Assembly: GCA_964016885.1 (NCBI GenBank)
Contig: OZ024741.1
Coordinates: forward strand, 162,564,001 to 162,628,000
DNA length: 64,000 bases
Direction: 5' to 3'
Source of the DNA: Eledone cirrhosa
Lineage: Eukaryota
Part shown: piece by piece, positions 1 through 12,861 of the stretch
How the letters are laid out: each line of letters opens with the position of its first letter
Position numbering within the stretch: the first letter of the stretch is position 1
Notes under the pieces: model-generated
Told to the model about the DNA's origin: nothing
Database searches by the model: none
Seen by the model: only the letters and a program-made list of their open reading frames with translations
Made by a program: the position numbers and the translations under genes

Positions 1-15
1 ATGCGGACAACAATA

Positions 16-211
16 CAGACCTACCAACCTCTAAAAACCCAAACGGGGAGTACCGTGAAAAAAAGTACCCCAAAACGGGGAGAAATGAGACAAAATGGGG
101 GAGGTTTTACATAATGAAAGCTATACCCATTTTGACAAGAGAAGACATCTCTCACCCACCCCAAAGTGGGTTGGAGATCTCCCCGTTGGACGAAGAGAGA
201 TGACAGGTCTG
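16..211 (+). mobile_element. ~195-bp MITE, family copy 1 (CAG...CTG termini, 6-bp TSD)
   Basis: TIRs CAGACCTACCAAC / GATGACAGGTCTG; flanks ACAATA / ACACTA; homologous to 2038-2231, 28504-28698 and 54349-54498. Confidence 0.8.
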
Positions 212-312
212 ACACTAAAATTTGGTTACAAAATACAATGATTGAGTGGGAGAATACCAAGAACGTTATTATAAGGATTATAATAAATATCAAAACAGGG
301 AAGTGTGTCAAC

Positions 313-672
313 AGAATTGGTAGAGCATCGGATAAAATGCCATTGCAGTATTTGTTCTGGCTTTTTACATTCTGAATTCAAATCTTGCCGTGATCTCGAT
401 GACAAAATAAAGTACGTCAAGTACTGGAGTTGATTAATTCAACTTTTCTCCTCCCAGTGCCGGATTTAGGACAAATGAGACCCTGTGCTAGTTAAGTTAT
501 GAGACCCCTTACTTGGGCCCAGTCATTTTTATTTTTTTGGCAGCGTGGCAGGAAGGTGGGCCACCCTGGTCAACGGGGCCTCGTGCTTAAGCACACCTAA
601 GCACAATGGTAAATCCGGCACTGGCTCCCCGCCACCAAATTTGCTGGCCTTGTGCTTAAATTAGAAATCAAT
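313..672 (+). mobile_element. tRNA-derived SINE (family A, octopus OK-like), interrupted by a MITE
   Basis: TTGGTAGAGCATCGG A-box-like and TTCAAATC B-box-like motifs; tail TTGCTGGCCTTGTGCTTAAATTAGAAA shared with many copies in the window. Confidence 0.7.
455..623. mobile_element. MITE nested in a SINE (hAT-like termini)
   Basis: Perfect 14-bp TIR CAGTGCCGGATTTA / TAAATCCGGCACTG; TSD degenerate. Confidence 0.8.
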
Positions 673-1477
673 ATTAAATATTAGAATTATGAAAGGTACC
701 AACGTAATATTATTTTGTATAACGGCCTAGTTGCAATGGAACGTTTTGTCTTTGTTAGAAATGCAGTGAGATAATAGCAGTATCTATTTAGTTGAAACGA
801 TCTCGGAATAGTGTAGAAAATTTTCCTATACCGTATCATAATCGACACACACACACGCAAACTCACATATATATATATATATACGTGCACACACTCACTC
901 ACACATACACATACAACACACACAAAGACATATGCGTGTATATATGTGTGAGCGCCCGAGTGTGGGTGTAGTGATTACTGTAAAACAAAGCGAAACGTGC
1001 AGATATAAAGAGTAGAAGATATCAAACAAAATGCCCTCAGTTTCATCTGTCATGAACCCTTTGTATCAGCACGCCTTCTTTTTTGTTGCAATGTTAGCAT
1101 GTACGATTGTTTTTAATGCTTTTATTTGGCTTTAGTCATTGAACTGCGCCCATGCTGGGGCACCACCTTTAAGGGTTCAATTGATTATATCGACTTTTCA
1201 ACTTATCAAACCCTGTCCCAGCCGAACGTTCAAGATGTGACAGTTGGAAGAAGAAAGGGCTGCACCTGCATTTGACAGATACTTTATTTTTCGACCCCGA
1301 AAGAATGAAAGGTTAAGTTGATCTTGGTACGATTTTCACTCAGTGCACAGAGAGCTAGCTGCTCTGGTGTAGTAATTTCACTTTACCCCTATCATGATTT
1401 CACATTATACCTTGAAATCATGTTAGAGTACCGGAAGGTAGAATGAAATGAGAGTAGCTTGAAGTCTTTAAGCCATA

Positions 1478-1620
1478 TTGGTAATTTATTTTATCGACAA
1501 CGGAAGGATGAAAGGCAAAGTGACCTCGGGTGGATTTGAACTCAGAACACAAAGAGCTGAAACAAATACCCCAAATCATTTTGTTCGACGTTCCAAAAAT
1601 TCTACCAAGCCACCGCCCTG
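1478..1620 (-). mobile_element. SINE family A copy
   Basis: TTTATTTTATCGAC...GGATGAAAGGCAAAG...TTTGAACTCAG motif; near-identical to 9767-9905. Confidence 0.8.
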
Positions 1621-2037
1621 CAACTGTTATATCAGGTGCTTTAACGACACTTTCAATTCGACTCGTTATAGAGAAGCCTCGATTTAACGGACTAATAGAA
1701 AAAAAGATGTTTGTCAAAAGGAGGTGACCTAAGGTTAATTTCTCTTTCTATCTTTCTCTCTACTATTTCGGCTTTTTGGTGGATATTAAACAGTAGACTT
1801 GTTGATGAAACAAACCAGAAAAAAAAGGAAAGGGAAAAGGGAAAAGAAAAAAGAGAATGCAATAACGAAGGAGCAAGCATGTTGAGCGCTGCCAGGAATC
1901 GGGCATCATCTGTTAATTCTATTTTCTTGAAATCTTCTTCAAGCAGGTAAGACGTTCTTTGCAAGTGTTCTGACACCGCTGTTCCTGTGTTTAACAATAA
2001 ATATGTTACCCTCCTCTTCTTCAAGTACGTACGACGT

Positions 2038-2231
2038 CAGACCTGCCAATCTCTAAAAACTCAAACGGGGAGTACCATGAAAGAAAGTGCCCTAAAACGG
2101 GGAAAAATTAGGCAAAATAGGGAGTTTTACATAATGAAAGCTATGCCCATTTTCACAAGAGAAGAGATCTCTCATCCACCCCAAATCGAGCGGGAGATCT
2201 CCCCGTCGGATGAGGAGAGTTGACAGGTCTG
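2038..2231 (+). mobile_element. ~195-bp MITE, family copy 2
   Basis: TIRs CAGACCTGCCAA / TTGACAGGTCTG; perfect 6-bp TSD CGACGT (2032-2037, 2232-2237). Confidence 0.9.
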
Positions 2232-2595
2232 CGACGTTATATTTTGAAAGTACCCTGACACTGCTTTCTGTGTGCTTAACAATAGACCTGTGACTCTCCG
2301 TTATTCGTCTATCGTTACATAGATCACCAGTTTTTTTTCTCCCCAAATCACGACAACTTGCTAGGGTTGAGTTCGATGATATGCATGAACTTAGCAAAAT
2401 TCACCTTCCAACAGCAACTGGTCATCACACTATTCATATTGTTGTGAGGTCGGAGGTGGGGAATAGGGGAAAGCGTTGTTCACCTGCCTCGTGGGTCGTA
2501 GCGGAAGAAGGACCAACTTTCGAACAAAGAGGATATATTTTTGCCACGACAGTCCAAAAGTGAGCGCCGACACACTGGTTACATTTTTGCTTAAG

Positions 2596-2685
2596 TGACG
2601 TCACTGATCCATATACTTCCGTCAAGACCATCCAGCCCCATGACGTCACTGGCCCTTATACTTCCGGCAAGGCCCCCAGCCCCAC
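2596..2685. promoter_or_regulatory. Duplicated CRE + ETS composite motif (45-bp tandem unit)
   Basis: TGACGTCA at 2596 and 2641, each followed 11 bp later by ACTTCCG(G), in a GC/CpG-richer unique stretch. Confidence 0.4.
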
Positions 2686-3086
2686 ACCTATAGTCCCCAA
2701 ATGAAACCCGAGGTAACTTGCGAACATGTGGTGATTAACTGATGCTCAAGGCACCTAATAAAACTAATAAGTCCACTGTACCTTATATACAAGTTTTTTT
2801 TTGTTTCTTGGTGGCCGTAAAATATTCTTGAAAACAAAGCTTGTCTGTGTTTAGAATCAGACCTAGTGAGCATGAATGATATTCCTGAAACCACAATTAC
2901 AATTTCTTCCAGCCCTTTTGAATTCCTGACCATTACTCGCTTCGAGAACTTCTCCACCTCGATTTTATTTATATCTCAACATACGACGGTTATTCGTCAA
3001 ATAAAATTCTGCGGCTGGGGCGCTTTTGAATTCAGTTAGATGATATTAAATATAAAAAATAAAAATAGACAATTCGTAAATATAAT

Positions 3087-3357
3087 GATTTCTAGTATAA
3101 GCACAAGGCCAGTAACTTTTTATTGGGGGGGGGGGGGGTCGATTAAATCCACTCCAGTACGTTACTGGTACTTTATTTTATCGGCCATGTAAGGATGAAA
3201 GGTAAAGTTAACCTCGGCGGGATTTGAACTCAGGTTAACTTTGCCTTTCATCCTTACGGGGTCGATAAAATAAAGTACCAGTCAAGCACTGATGTCAATT
3301 TAATCGACTTTCCCCTCCCCTCAAATTGCTGGCTTGTGCCTATATAAGACACAATTG
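3087..3357. mobile_element. Two SINE family A fragments in inverted orientation
   Basis: 3087-3233 is a minus-strand copy abutting a plus-strand copy at 3233-3357; shared core is reverse-complementary. Confidence 0.8.
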
Positions 3358-3799
3358 GTAAATATAATAAAAGGTATTGTAAGTTTCAAGTACAAAATTA
3401 AATTAAATTCTTAATTAATATACAAACAACTATTCAATTAGAAACAGTGATTACTTTAAAATGAATGCAATTTCAAACGATATGAATCAAACAAATTATT
3501 TGAACTTTATAATTTAAACAAATGAAATCATCAGTATAACAAAGATTTTAATTGATAAATCTAATAAGAAAAAAAAATGAAGTTTGTGACGAAGAAACGT
3601 CATAAATAGAAGCTTTTACCTTGCAACGTTTTCAACAATATTTTTATACGAAATAAGTTTCTTGTTTATATAGAGCAAACACCACAGTGACTGTAGGGTG
3701 GTTCGTTCGAACCTGTCAACTCCATCCTGGCTACGAATATGACGCACATACATACATACATATAGTTTAGGTTGTACAAACGAGAGAAACAAACTATAT

Positions 3800-4970
3800 A
3801 TATGTATAGATAGATATCTTCCCTCCCTAACAGTGCTAAAAGAGGGTACACCACGAACGAGATCACGCGGATTAAAAACAGATGCAGCGATCCTGTGAGT
3901 GGTGTCACCCATACCAAGCGGTTCCTCAGGGTGCTGGAGACGAACGGATACCCAGCCTCGTTTACAAGCAGAGTAAGAGACACCAGGCAAAGGCAAGTGC
4001 TTCCTTAAAATCTCGCACCTGGGCGAGAAAACCACCAACGCTATCCGCATGGCTATATGGAGAGAGGGTCTCGACATCCACCTGGCCCACTCGAGCCCCT
4101 CCCTGCAGAATGCCTCTCCAAGAAACCCGGGAAATTGACCGACGCGTGTTCCCTCAGCAACTGTCCGATGCGCCAAACGAACTGTTGCTTACGCACGTAC
4201 GTTGTATACAATGTAGAATGTGACAAGTGTAACCACTACTATATCGGTAGCACAATCCGGCCACTACATATCCGGATCAAGGAGCACATCAACACCAGGG
4301 CCTCGTCTTTCCGGAAACACATAACCAAATGCGGAAACAAAGACGGAAGGCCCATTGTCACAGTGCTAGCGACAGAACGCAACGTCGGCACTTTAAGAAT
4401 CAATGAAACACTTTGGATCAAACGCCTGGGAACACAAATAAATAACCGATCCGAGAGAAGCGAAACAAACGAAACAACAACACACGCACACACACACACA
4501 GTGGCATTCGAACGATTGTTATTATGTTGATAGCGCGCCCGCCATCCACCGACCAACAAACGATAACCAGACAGACTACCAACACTGCCAGTATCAAAGA
4601 CTGAATATAGGTAGTATAATGGATTGACAGCGAAGCACCATCCCACTCCCATAGTACAGAGGAACTGCCTCGACCTTTGCTTGACCGCACCTATTCCGCC
4701 TGCACGCGTGCTCTACAGAATATCTCAGTTGTACACAAACGGCGGACAACAGAGGCCACGTACCGTTCCTCTCCGACTAAAAACTTTTCCCCTCGGAAAA
4801 ACCCCCAGTTGATGGATGCGAAATCCGAAATATAGGGACAATTAAATCTCTTCCAAGGTAACTCTATCTCGTGTTATTATTTTTACTCTCTTTCCTACGT
4901 TCCTCTACACACTATACGTCTCATTCTACATTTCCTCTTACATCTCTCTCTTCACCACCGGATTCTGTTA
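3800..4970 (+). mobile_element. 5'-truncated, degraded Penelope-like element (thumb + GIY-YIG + terminal repeat)
   Basis: SSLPNSAKRGYTTNEITRIKNRCS and LETNGYP thumb remnants; ORF 4057-4530 has VVYNVECDKCNHYYIGSTIRPLHIRIKEH, the GIY-YIG signature. Confidence 0.85.
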
Positions 4971-5014
4971 CCCGGAGATTTACCCATCTGCATTGTTGAG
5001 GCTTCCAAAACGAC

Positions 5015-5073
<59 letters not shown>

Positions 5074-5379
5074 TGAAGAGAGAGATGTAAGAGGAAATGT
5101 AGAATGATATATATATATATATATATATAAATATATATATTAAATGAGTGAAGAATAACATGGATCGGCTATACAATAGGATTTATTCAAAGTATTAACA
5201 AATGTTTTATTAGTCTAGTGTGTCTAAAAATCGCTGTTCGTAAAATGCTACGTCATTCGATTTTAATTACAATTGATACCCGGCCAAAATCTTCAGAATA
5301 CTGATTTGTGTATACGATACAGTGCGCTAGTATTTATAGATACAAGAAAAATAACAAGAATAAAGGCAAGAATAATAAT

Positions 5380-5597
5380 GGTTTCTTAAATAGGCACAAG
5401 GCCAGCAATTTTGGGGGAGGAGAATGTCGATTAAATCGACCCCAGTGCGTTACTGGTACTTTATTTTATCGACCCCGTAAGGATGAAAGGCAAAGTTAAC
5501 CTCGGCGGGATTTGAACTCAGATCATAAAGGCCCATAACTCTATGCTGCAAAGCATGGTGTCCGACTCTCTACCGATACTGTCAATCTACCGCCCTT
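5380..5597 (-). mobile_element. SINE family A, near full-length
   Basis: Complete head-to-tail match to other family A copies. Confidence 0.85.
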
Positions 5598-5794
5598 AAA
5601 GGCAAGAATAATAATAATAAGAAGGAAGGTGTAGTGAAGAGGGGATATTGGGATAAAGGCATGAAAACATAGTAATAATAATAATATGAAAAAAATTGGT
5701 CTGAAAAGATGATACGATAAGGAGAATAATATAAAACAGTGAAAGTAACTTGACAATATGTGTCTGTGTATGTAAATAGCCCCAGAAGAATAAA

Positions 5795-7195
5795 AAATTC
5801 CCTGGATTAAACTCCACACCTGCTGAGCCCCATATAATGGAGATGCCATCATAGTAAAGCTGACAGAAATCGGACTGGTAGTCTGGAATAAAGGAGAGAC
5901 ACCTACTGAATTGTGAAAAGAAATTATAGTGAAAATCCCTAAGAAAGGAATATTTACTGATTGCGACAATTGACGTGGTGTGACTCTTCTAATTATGGCC
6001 CGAAAAATCATGTGTTGAAAAGATTACAACATGAAAAGATTACAACTTGACCACAAATCTAGAAGTGAGCAGGCAGGTTTTCGAAGAGGAAGATCATGCG
6101 ATGAACAAATATTCACACTAAGGAAGATCACAGAGCAAACACTGGAATATAGAACTCCGGTAGTGATACATTATGTTGACTTCAAAAAAGCCTTTGATAG
6201 TGTACACTGCCAGTCACTCTGGAAGATCCTCCTGATCTATAGTATCCCAGATTGCTATATCAACATTTTAAAGTCACTTTATCAAAATTCAAGTTGCTGT
6301 GTAAAAGCAGAATCAGGATTTACTGAGTTCTTTTCAATCTTATCGGGAGTGCAACAGAGATGTATCCTATCCCCTTTTTCTTGCTAATTTTGGATTACAT
6401 TCTGAGAAAGTCCTTGGATACCTGTGGACATGTCTTAAAATGGAGAAGAGTAAAACTGGTGGATTTAGACTTTGCTGATGACTTCTCACCAACAACTGCA
6501 CAGAAATGCAAACAATGACAAATGCCCTGGTTGACTTAAGTGTAAATATATCAAAAACAGAAAGACAGAAAGTTGCCTGTAGTGAGGCATATAAAGCCTC
6601 AGTCAATGGGAAAAATATAGAAGAGGCTCAACACATCATATGTCTTGGTAGCGTTCAGACAGCAGATGGCAATATTGAAGCTGACATAAAACAAAGGTGG
6701 TGGAGTATTGAACAAACTCCAAAGAATATGGCATTCAAAGAAGCTGACATCACAAACGAAATTGAGGTTATTCTGGTCAATTGTTATCTCAACCACAACC
6801 TATGCTGCTGACACATAGAAAAGTACCACAAGAACTGAAAAACAGCTTGAAATTTTCCAATAAAGATGCCTCTGAAATATCCTTGCATTAGATGGCAAGA
6901 CAAGATCACAATTGAAGATGTGCTTTGAATAGTCAATGCCACATGCCCGAGTCTTGTCTTCAAGACCTGAAAAATGTTGGCAGGGCATGTCCTACAAATG
7001 AGCGACAGTACATCAACAAGAACTGCAATGCCATGGTTGCCTGGTGGTTGGAAAAGACCTGGAAATCCACTCTAAAGGATGACCTGCGCAGGTGTGGCAC
7101 AAACTAGTTTTAAACACCAGCCGTAGCCAGAAACAAAGAAAGATAGAAGAGCGTAATGGCCCATTGTCGTGAGGCTGGAGGAATGGAGGAATCAG
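5795..7195 (+). mobile_element. Degraded RTE-clade LINE reverse-transcriptase fragment
   Basis: IVKIPKKG...CDN*RGVTLL, EQAGFRRGRSCDEQIFTLR, YVDFKKAFDSVH, GVQQRCILSP and DFADD-like motif; many stops and frameshifts. Confidence 0.9.
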
Positions 7196-7247
7196 ATAAT
7201 ATATATAAATATATATATAAATAGGGAGACACAAAGCAGGCTTAGTT

Positions 7248-7741
7248 TAGAAACGGCTAGCGAATTTGAAAATTAGGTAGTAACATGTGCTTACGCCATA
7301 TTTGACTAAATAGAATTAGTCTGTTAGTGGGGATTTAAAAAAACAACCCTCTGAATGGAAAAAAAGAGAAGGAGTATTGACGTACATGGACCACGAAGCC
7401 ATATCTTTGGTTTGCCAGACCAATGTGTTACCTTTGCACCAACACGACACCAATGCATCCTTCCATTCAATTGGAATTTCAAATTCCCTAGCCGTTTCTA
7501 TTTGTATACATATATATATACCTGCTATGGTTATATAGCTTCTAATTGAAGGGAAAAAAGCGTGGGTGGCATGTTTGTGTAATGGTAGAACATTGGTCCG
7601 CTAAACGAAAGATGTAGGTTCGTGTCCCATGTATGTCAATACTCATCCTTTTTTTTTCATTCAGAGGGTTTTTTAAAATCCCAACAGACTAATTCTATTT
7701 AGTCAAATACGGCGTAAGCACATATTACTACCTAATTTTCA
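7248..7741. mobile_element. Inverted pair of a short element with a tRNA-like core; first copy bounded by 24-bp inverted repeats
   Basis: TAGAAACGGCTAGCGAATTTGAAA (7248) vs TTTCAAATTCCCTAGCCGTTTCTA (ends 7500); 7545-7741 is a diverged reverse complement; tRNA-like GTGTAATGGTAGAAC...GGTTCGTGTCCC near 7577-7628. Confidence 0.6.
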
Positions 7742-7753
7742 TACACAGACACA

Positions 7754-7786
<33 letters not shown>

Positions 7787-7994
7787 ATACACACATCCAG
7801 ATTTCACAGTTTGCGCCGTATCCACCCGCAAGGCATTGGTCAACCACAACCAATTCGAGGCTACAGTAGGTTTGAAGCCGGAAGCATATGGTCTATGTAC
7901 AGCGTAGGAAAATATATGGGGAGATGTGAAATTCATGTTTTTGAAAGAGTATTTGTTTGGTTTAGGAGTTATTATATGATCTATAACGTCATTA

Positions 7995-8310
7995 GGTAGC
8001 CTTTGTTGGTTAGTGGACGTAAACATAAGGTCCCGGGTTCGACCCCACTGCCAGAATTTTGGGCAAGTATCTTTACCATAGACTTAGGTCGACCCAAGCC
8101 CTTTAAGTGAAACTGGGTAGATGGGAATTGTTGTTTCGCTTCAACCAACCACAACTTAATGCGTCCCAGCCACTATTCCGTTCGTCTTTTTGTGTATCTA
8201 AAACCACATTATCCCATGCATTCTTCATGTTTTAAAGTGGTAGGGTGGGATCTGAGTGAGATTTCGTTGTTGTTTCTAGCAGGCCAAGCCGCCTTGTAGA
8301 AGCTTCCATT
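7995..8310 (+). mobile_element. tRNA-derived SINE, family C (degraded)
   Basis: GGTTCGACCCC B-box followed by TTGGGCAAGTATCTT...GGTAGATGGGAATTG core; related remnants at 19760-19910 and 22480-22600. Confidence 0.55.
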
Positions 8311-8574
8311 GACAAAGGAGTGACGTATAATCCAACATTTTTATGTGCTGTAAATATCACAGTACTTTATTTAAACTGTCTTTAAATGGGATCGCCAAAT
8401 TTAAAATTGTTTTTAGTGTATTTGTTTTTTCACATAATTTTGCCCTTTCCAAATATATTTTTAAGAGCGTAATTTTGTACTTCGCATAACAATGTCGGCA
8501 ACAGTTATTTTGTTGGTATTGTTCTCCATTTGTGTGGGCGTGTTGTAAACCTTTCCGACTTTTACATGGTGAAA

Positions 8575-8885
8575 ATCAGCGTTGTCGCTGATAGAGTCGG
8601 AGTGGCGTTATCGTGACAGACAGCGTGGCTTGGACATTTAAAACCTGGCAGAGTCCATCCCGCTCCAGGTCTGAACCAAACTGATTTCTTCTTCAAAAGG
8701 GCATAGAGAGATAAGAGGAAGAATTGAACCCAGTATTAGACTGATACTTTTTTATAGAACTTGAAATGATGAAAGGCAAACTTAACCTCGGTAGGAATTG
8801 AACTCAGAGAGTGAAGAGAGCAGGAACGAATACCGCCAAGGATTCTATCCGACATTTTTATGGCTCTGCAAATTCGCCGCCTTCT
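8575..8885 (-). mobile_element. SINE family A variant with an alternative 3' extension
   Basis: SINE head at 8720-8885; adjacent GGACATTTAAAACCTGGC...CTCCAGG segment recurs in the same arrangement at 27795-28053. Confidence 0.6.
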
Positions 8886-9691
8886 TCACTTACTTTACTG
8901 ACTGGGATTCTTTGCGAAAATTCATATATAGCACCAAAAATGTGTTCAAAAGTATCACCACTCTTCATGGACTCCTCCCCAAAGTCAAAGGAACTCAGGA
9001 ATGATTGGAACAAGAACAGAATCTGAAACATCCGGTTCATTTTCAGGAGTTTCTATAAATAAGAATCTGGAAGGCAACCAACAGATAAGAATTAAGAAAC
9101 ATTGAAAAAAATAAAAATAAACAATGATAGGAGAAACATCTTAGTGAAGAACATATATGATGCGGCGGGGGGATGAATCATATACTGATATCAAAGTAAC
9201 AATATCCATAAGGCTTGCTGGTAAATAACACAATTAGTAAACTTAATATTGACATTGGTGGTAGTGCTAAATTGTCGTCTGATTTAACACCATCTCTTGG
9301 CCCTTTGGCTGCAAGTATTTGGGCCAGGTCTCTGTTTGAGGATACTTTCATCCATCCATGTTATTACGCGCGGAGGCCTTAAACAGGGTCATGAGCACAC
9401 ACTCCCACCCTGACTAAACAGTTAAAAAAAAACAATAAAACAATAAACAACAACATAAAAAAACGTTAACAAAATTAACTAAAAATATTTAAATATTTGA
9501 AATTTTATATTTTGCTTTGATTGAAATATACTATCACTCATTTAAGAAACGTAGATTCAAAGAGTTTGATTTCTAAAATAGAAAGGCAGAGACAATTATT
9601 TTATAATCATTTGTGTATTTTGTCCAAGGTTTTATAAATTCTGGCAATTTCGAGTGTTTATAACTAATCTGCTAATGTTATATAATGGGTT

Positions 9692-10352
9692 TTATTTTAG
9701 GCACAAGGCCAGCAATTTTGGGGGGGGGGGGGGGGGAAACTCGATTACATCGATCCCAGCAAATGAATGGTAATTTATTTTATCGACACCGGAAGGATGA
9801 AAGGCAAAGTGGCCTCGGATGGATTTGAACTCAGAACACAAAGAGCTGAAACAAATACCACAAATCATTTTGTTCGACGTTCCAACGATTCTACCAAGCC
9901 ACCGCTCTGCAACTGTTATATAATGTATTTCATCCGTAACCATCTCGCCATTTTGTATATGAAGAATCACATTATCCATTGTATCTTTTCTTGTATGAGA
10001 TGCAGGAAATTTAGCTGTTATTTCTAGCAGGTCGACTGACCATGTTGAGGCTCCGTTTTTGACACGTAAAAACAATGTGCTTCTTCCCGGTATGCCAGGG
10101 ATGCCCATTTATTTGTGCCTGGTAGGTTCCTTATCTTTTCTCCGAAGTGGCTACGTTCTAGTGCCTTGGATTGGCAGTATCGGTAGAGGGTCGGACGCCA
10201 TGCTTTGCAGCAAAGTGTTACGGCCCCTTATGGTCTGAGTTCAAATCCCGCTGAGGTTAAATTTGCCTTTCATCCTTATGGGGTCGATAAAATAAAGTAC
10301 CAGTAATGTACTGGGATAATTGCTGGCCTTTTGCCAAAAAGTAGAAATAATT
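9692..10352. mobile_element. SINE cluster (minus copy 9692-9905, plus copy 10168-10352)
   Basis: Family A core and tail motifs. Confidence 0.8.
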
Positions 10353-11319
10353 ATAATGATACACGGCGACATTGTCGAGGGCTGTATAGTCGGAGGAGAC
10401 TATACAACATTTTTAGTTATTAAAACTGGAGTTAATTTAATGAGTATTCTAGATCAGACGTTATCTAAATTTAAAAAATATATATAATTGGATAAAAGTT
10501 TCTCATGAGAAACACGCACGCGTAAACACACACATCAAGTACACGCACATAGAATCAAACATGCAAATATACATCAAATAGGCACATACATATAGAACAA
10601 GATATAGTTGTTTAACCGCATGACAACGCAGACTGAGTTGACGTTTTAGTATGTTGCTAGACCCAGAGTTATTTACTCTAGTAAATATCACCGGAATCTA
10701 GCTACTAAATTTTATAAAGAAAAAGATAAGATATTTTGCATAACACCATGTCGAATTAGAGTTAATTCCCATTACAAAGGTAATGATAAAAAGTAGGCAG
10801 TTTCTCGGAACGAGTATCAAATATAAGTCTTCATTTTATTGTAGCTCCATGTTACAATTGTGGTTCGTAAATAATCTTCTATATATTGGTATAATCCAGA
10901 TCCAAGAAAAATACGTGTTGTCGCTCTACATTCCCTTGCCGGAGTGGTAATGATTTGGTGACGTCAGAGCTATGTGCCGGTAACTCTGCATAGCTGTCCC
11001 CAAGCACACGACAGGTGTCGCTTCACTACAACGTGAAAGCGATGACCATCCTGTAAGATATTTAGCCGTGGCATACTTCTGTGCCGCGAGTTTCTGAGGC
11101 GAATTGGAAAATGTCGGGATATTTATAAAACATTAGTGGGTTTTAATGTATCACACCAGTGAATGTGTATTTCCTTGCAGTAAAGTGCAATGCCTGCTTC
11201 CATCCATGTTTTAAAACAATTTGAATACAGGTACAACAGGATTTTCCAGCACTCTTCGTTCCAGACTCGTGCCAGATTATCCGTTTTGCCGGACTATATA
11301 ATAATTCACAAGGAATATA

Positions 11320-11510
11320 TAATTGTTTCTACTTTTGGCACAAGGCCAGAAATTACCCAGTACATTACTGGTACTTTATTTTATCGACCCCGTAAGGATG
11401 AAAGGCAAATATAACCTCGATGGGATTTGAACTCAGACCTTAAAGGGACGTAACTATGCTAGAAAGCATGGCGTCCAACCCTCTACCAATACTGCCAATT
11501 CACCACCTTA
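11320..11510 (-). mobile_element. SINE family A copy
   Basis: Family A core and tail motifs. Confidence 0.85.
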
Positions 11511-11862
11511 GGAATATAATGAACTCAAGAACACTCCCTCTACTCTTAAACTCGGAGAAATTGCAAAGTCGTTAGAACATCGAACAGAAAACTTTGTGGT
11601 ATTTGTTCCGACTTTATGCGTTCACCGACTTCAAATCTTGTTGAGATCAATTTTGCCTGTCATTCTTTTGAAGTCGATAAATAAAGTACCAATTCAGTAC
11701 TAAGGTTAGTTCTTCATCTATATCTCTCTCTCTTCATCTCAGGAAGAAATCGGCAGTATGTCAGACATGGAGAGGGATAGATTCCGTCAAGTTTAAAATG
11801 CCCAGTACAACACCCGTGGGTCTATACGTCCGTAAATACATACATACATACATACATACATA

Positions 11863-12712
11863 GGGATGCAGGCAAAACACCTAGGTGTGCAGACTCTGCA
11901 GAATTAACATCGAAAATGTCACCCTTGTCATAAGCAGCTGTCCAAAGATGCCAAGGCGGGACTATCTACCTATGAGGTATGATGTAGTGGCCAAAACACT
12001 GTACGATGCAATCCGTAGAAAAGATAGCCCCGACAATAAACACAGCATTGTGGAAGACATACATATATATATGAAAGAGTACTGGTGGAATGTTCCAGTA
12101 AAACCTCGATAAAATGCAGGCATAACAGACCAGATACAATGATATGGGACAGGGAAAAGAATGCATGCACCGTAGTGGAATTTAGTTGCTCAGCAGCTGC
12201 CAATATAATATTAAAGATTAGCGAAAAGGAGAATATCTATGCAGAACTAATGAGAAATCTGCAGATACTCGACTCTGACTATACCTTCAGATTTATATCT
12301 GTGATTATTGAGGCACTGGGATAGGTTAGTAACTGCCTCAATGCAAATCTTGAGAAGCTGGGCTTTACAGAAATAGAAAGAACACGACTAGTTAGGAAAT
12401 TACAAGTACAATCCTTTAATGGAACAGTAAAAATATGTAAAACATTCCAAAAATTCTGTATCTAATAAATACATATACACTTGTACAGATACAAAGCATA
12501 TACACATGCACACATACAACTCAAAACATCCACATCCACATCCACACATGCAATAACATTCACACTTGCACACACATGCATGTATGCAGACATGCATACA
12601 TATCTACCTAGTTGATGTGTAAATTCCAATGAGAGAGTCTTGTATCTATGTTAGAAACCGGCTCTCTCTCTATTGGAAAAAAAATTGTCCAGAAGAACAT
12701 ACATACATACAT
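11863..12712 (+). mobile_element. 3' fragment of an R4/Dong-like (restriction-like endonuclease) non-LTR retrotransposon
   Basis: CRLC...SSC zinc knuckle, R(Y/H)DVVAK, WWN, HNRPDTMIWD...VVEFSC PD-(D/E)xK motif; 3'UTR ends in (CATA)n; second copy at 25210-26220. Confidence 0.85.
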
Positions 12713-12861
12713 GATGATGGCTGCCCCCTCGTTATCGAGTATGGCCATCGCACGTTATTATTAATAATTACTAATTAATTCTATCGTGTAATGCCTGTGC
12801 GTGAAGATATTTTTTAAAGTGAGGAAAGACTGCGCACTGAGCCAATCCCACTCTCTGAGCG
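12712..12861 (-). mobile_element. 3' fragment of a non-autonomous RTE-derived element
   Basis: Reverse complement of the RTE 3' end at 59823-59865; near-identical to 21065-21219. Confidence 0.75.

Noticed and set aside
1692-2024. Possible exon (SEHLQRTSYLLEEDFKKIELTDDARFLAALNML)
   Set aside because: Splice signals conflict between strands and no protein family was recognised; cannot support
4800-4845. Hammerhead in the first PLE terminus (also 46141-46180 and 47725-47752)
   Set aside because: Core nucleotides are mutated; counted only as decayed remnants
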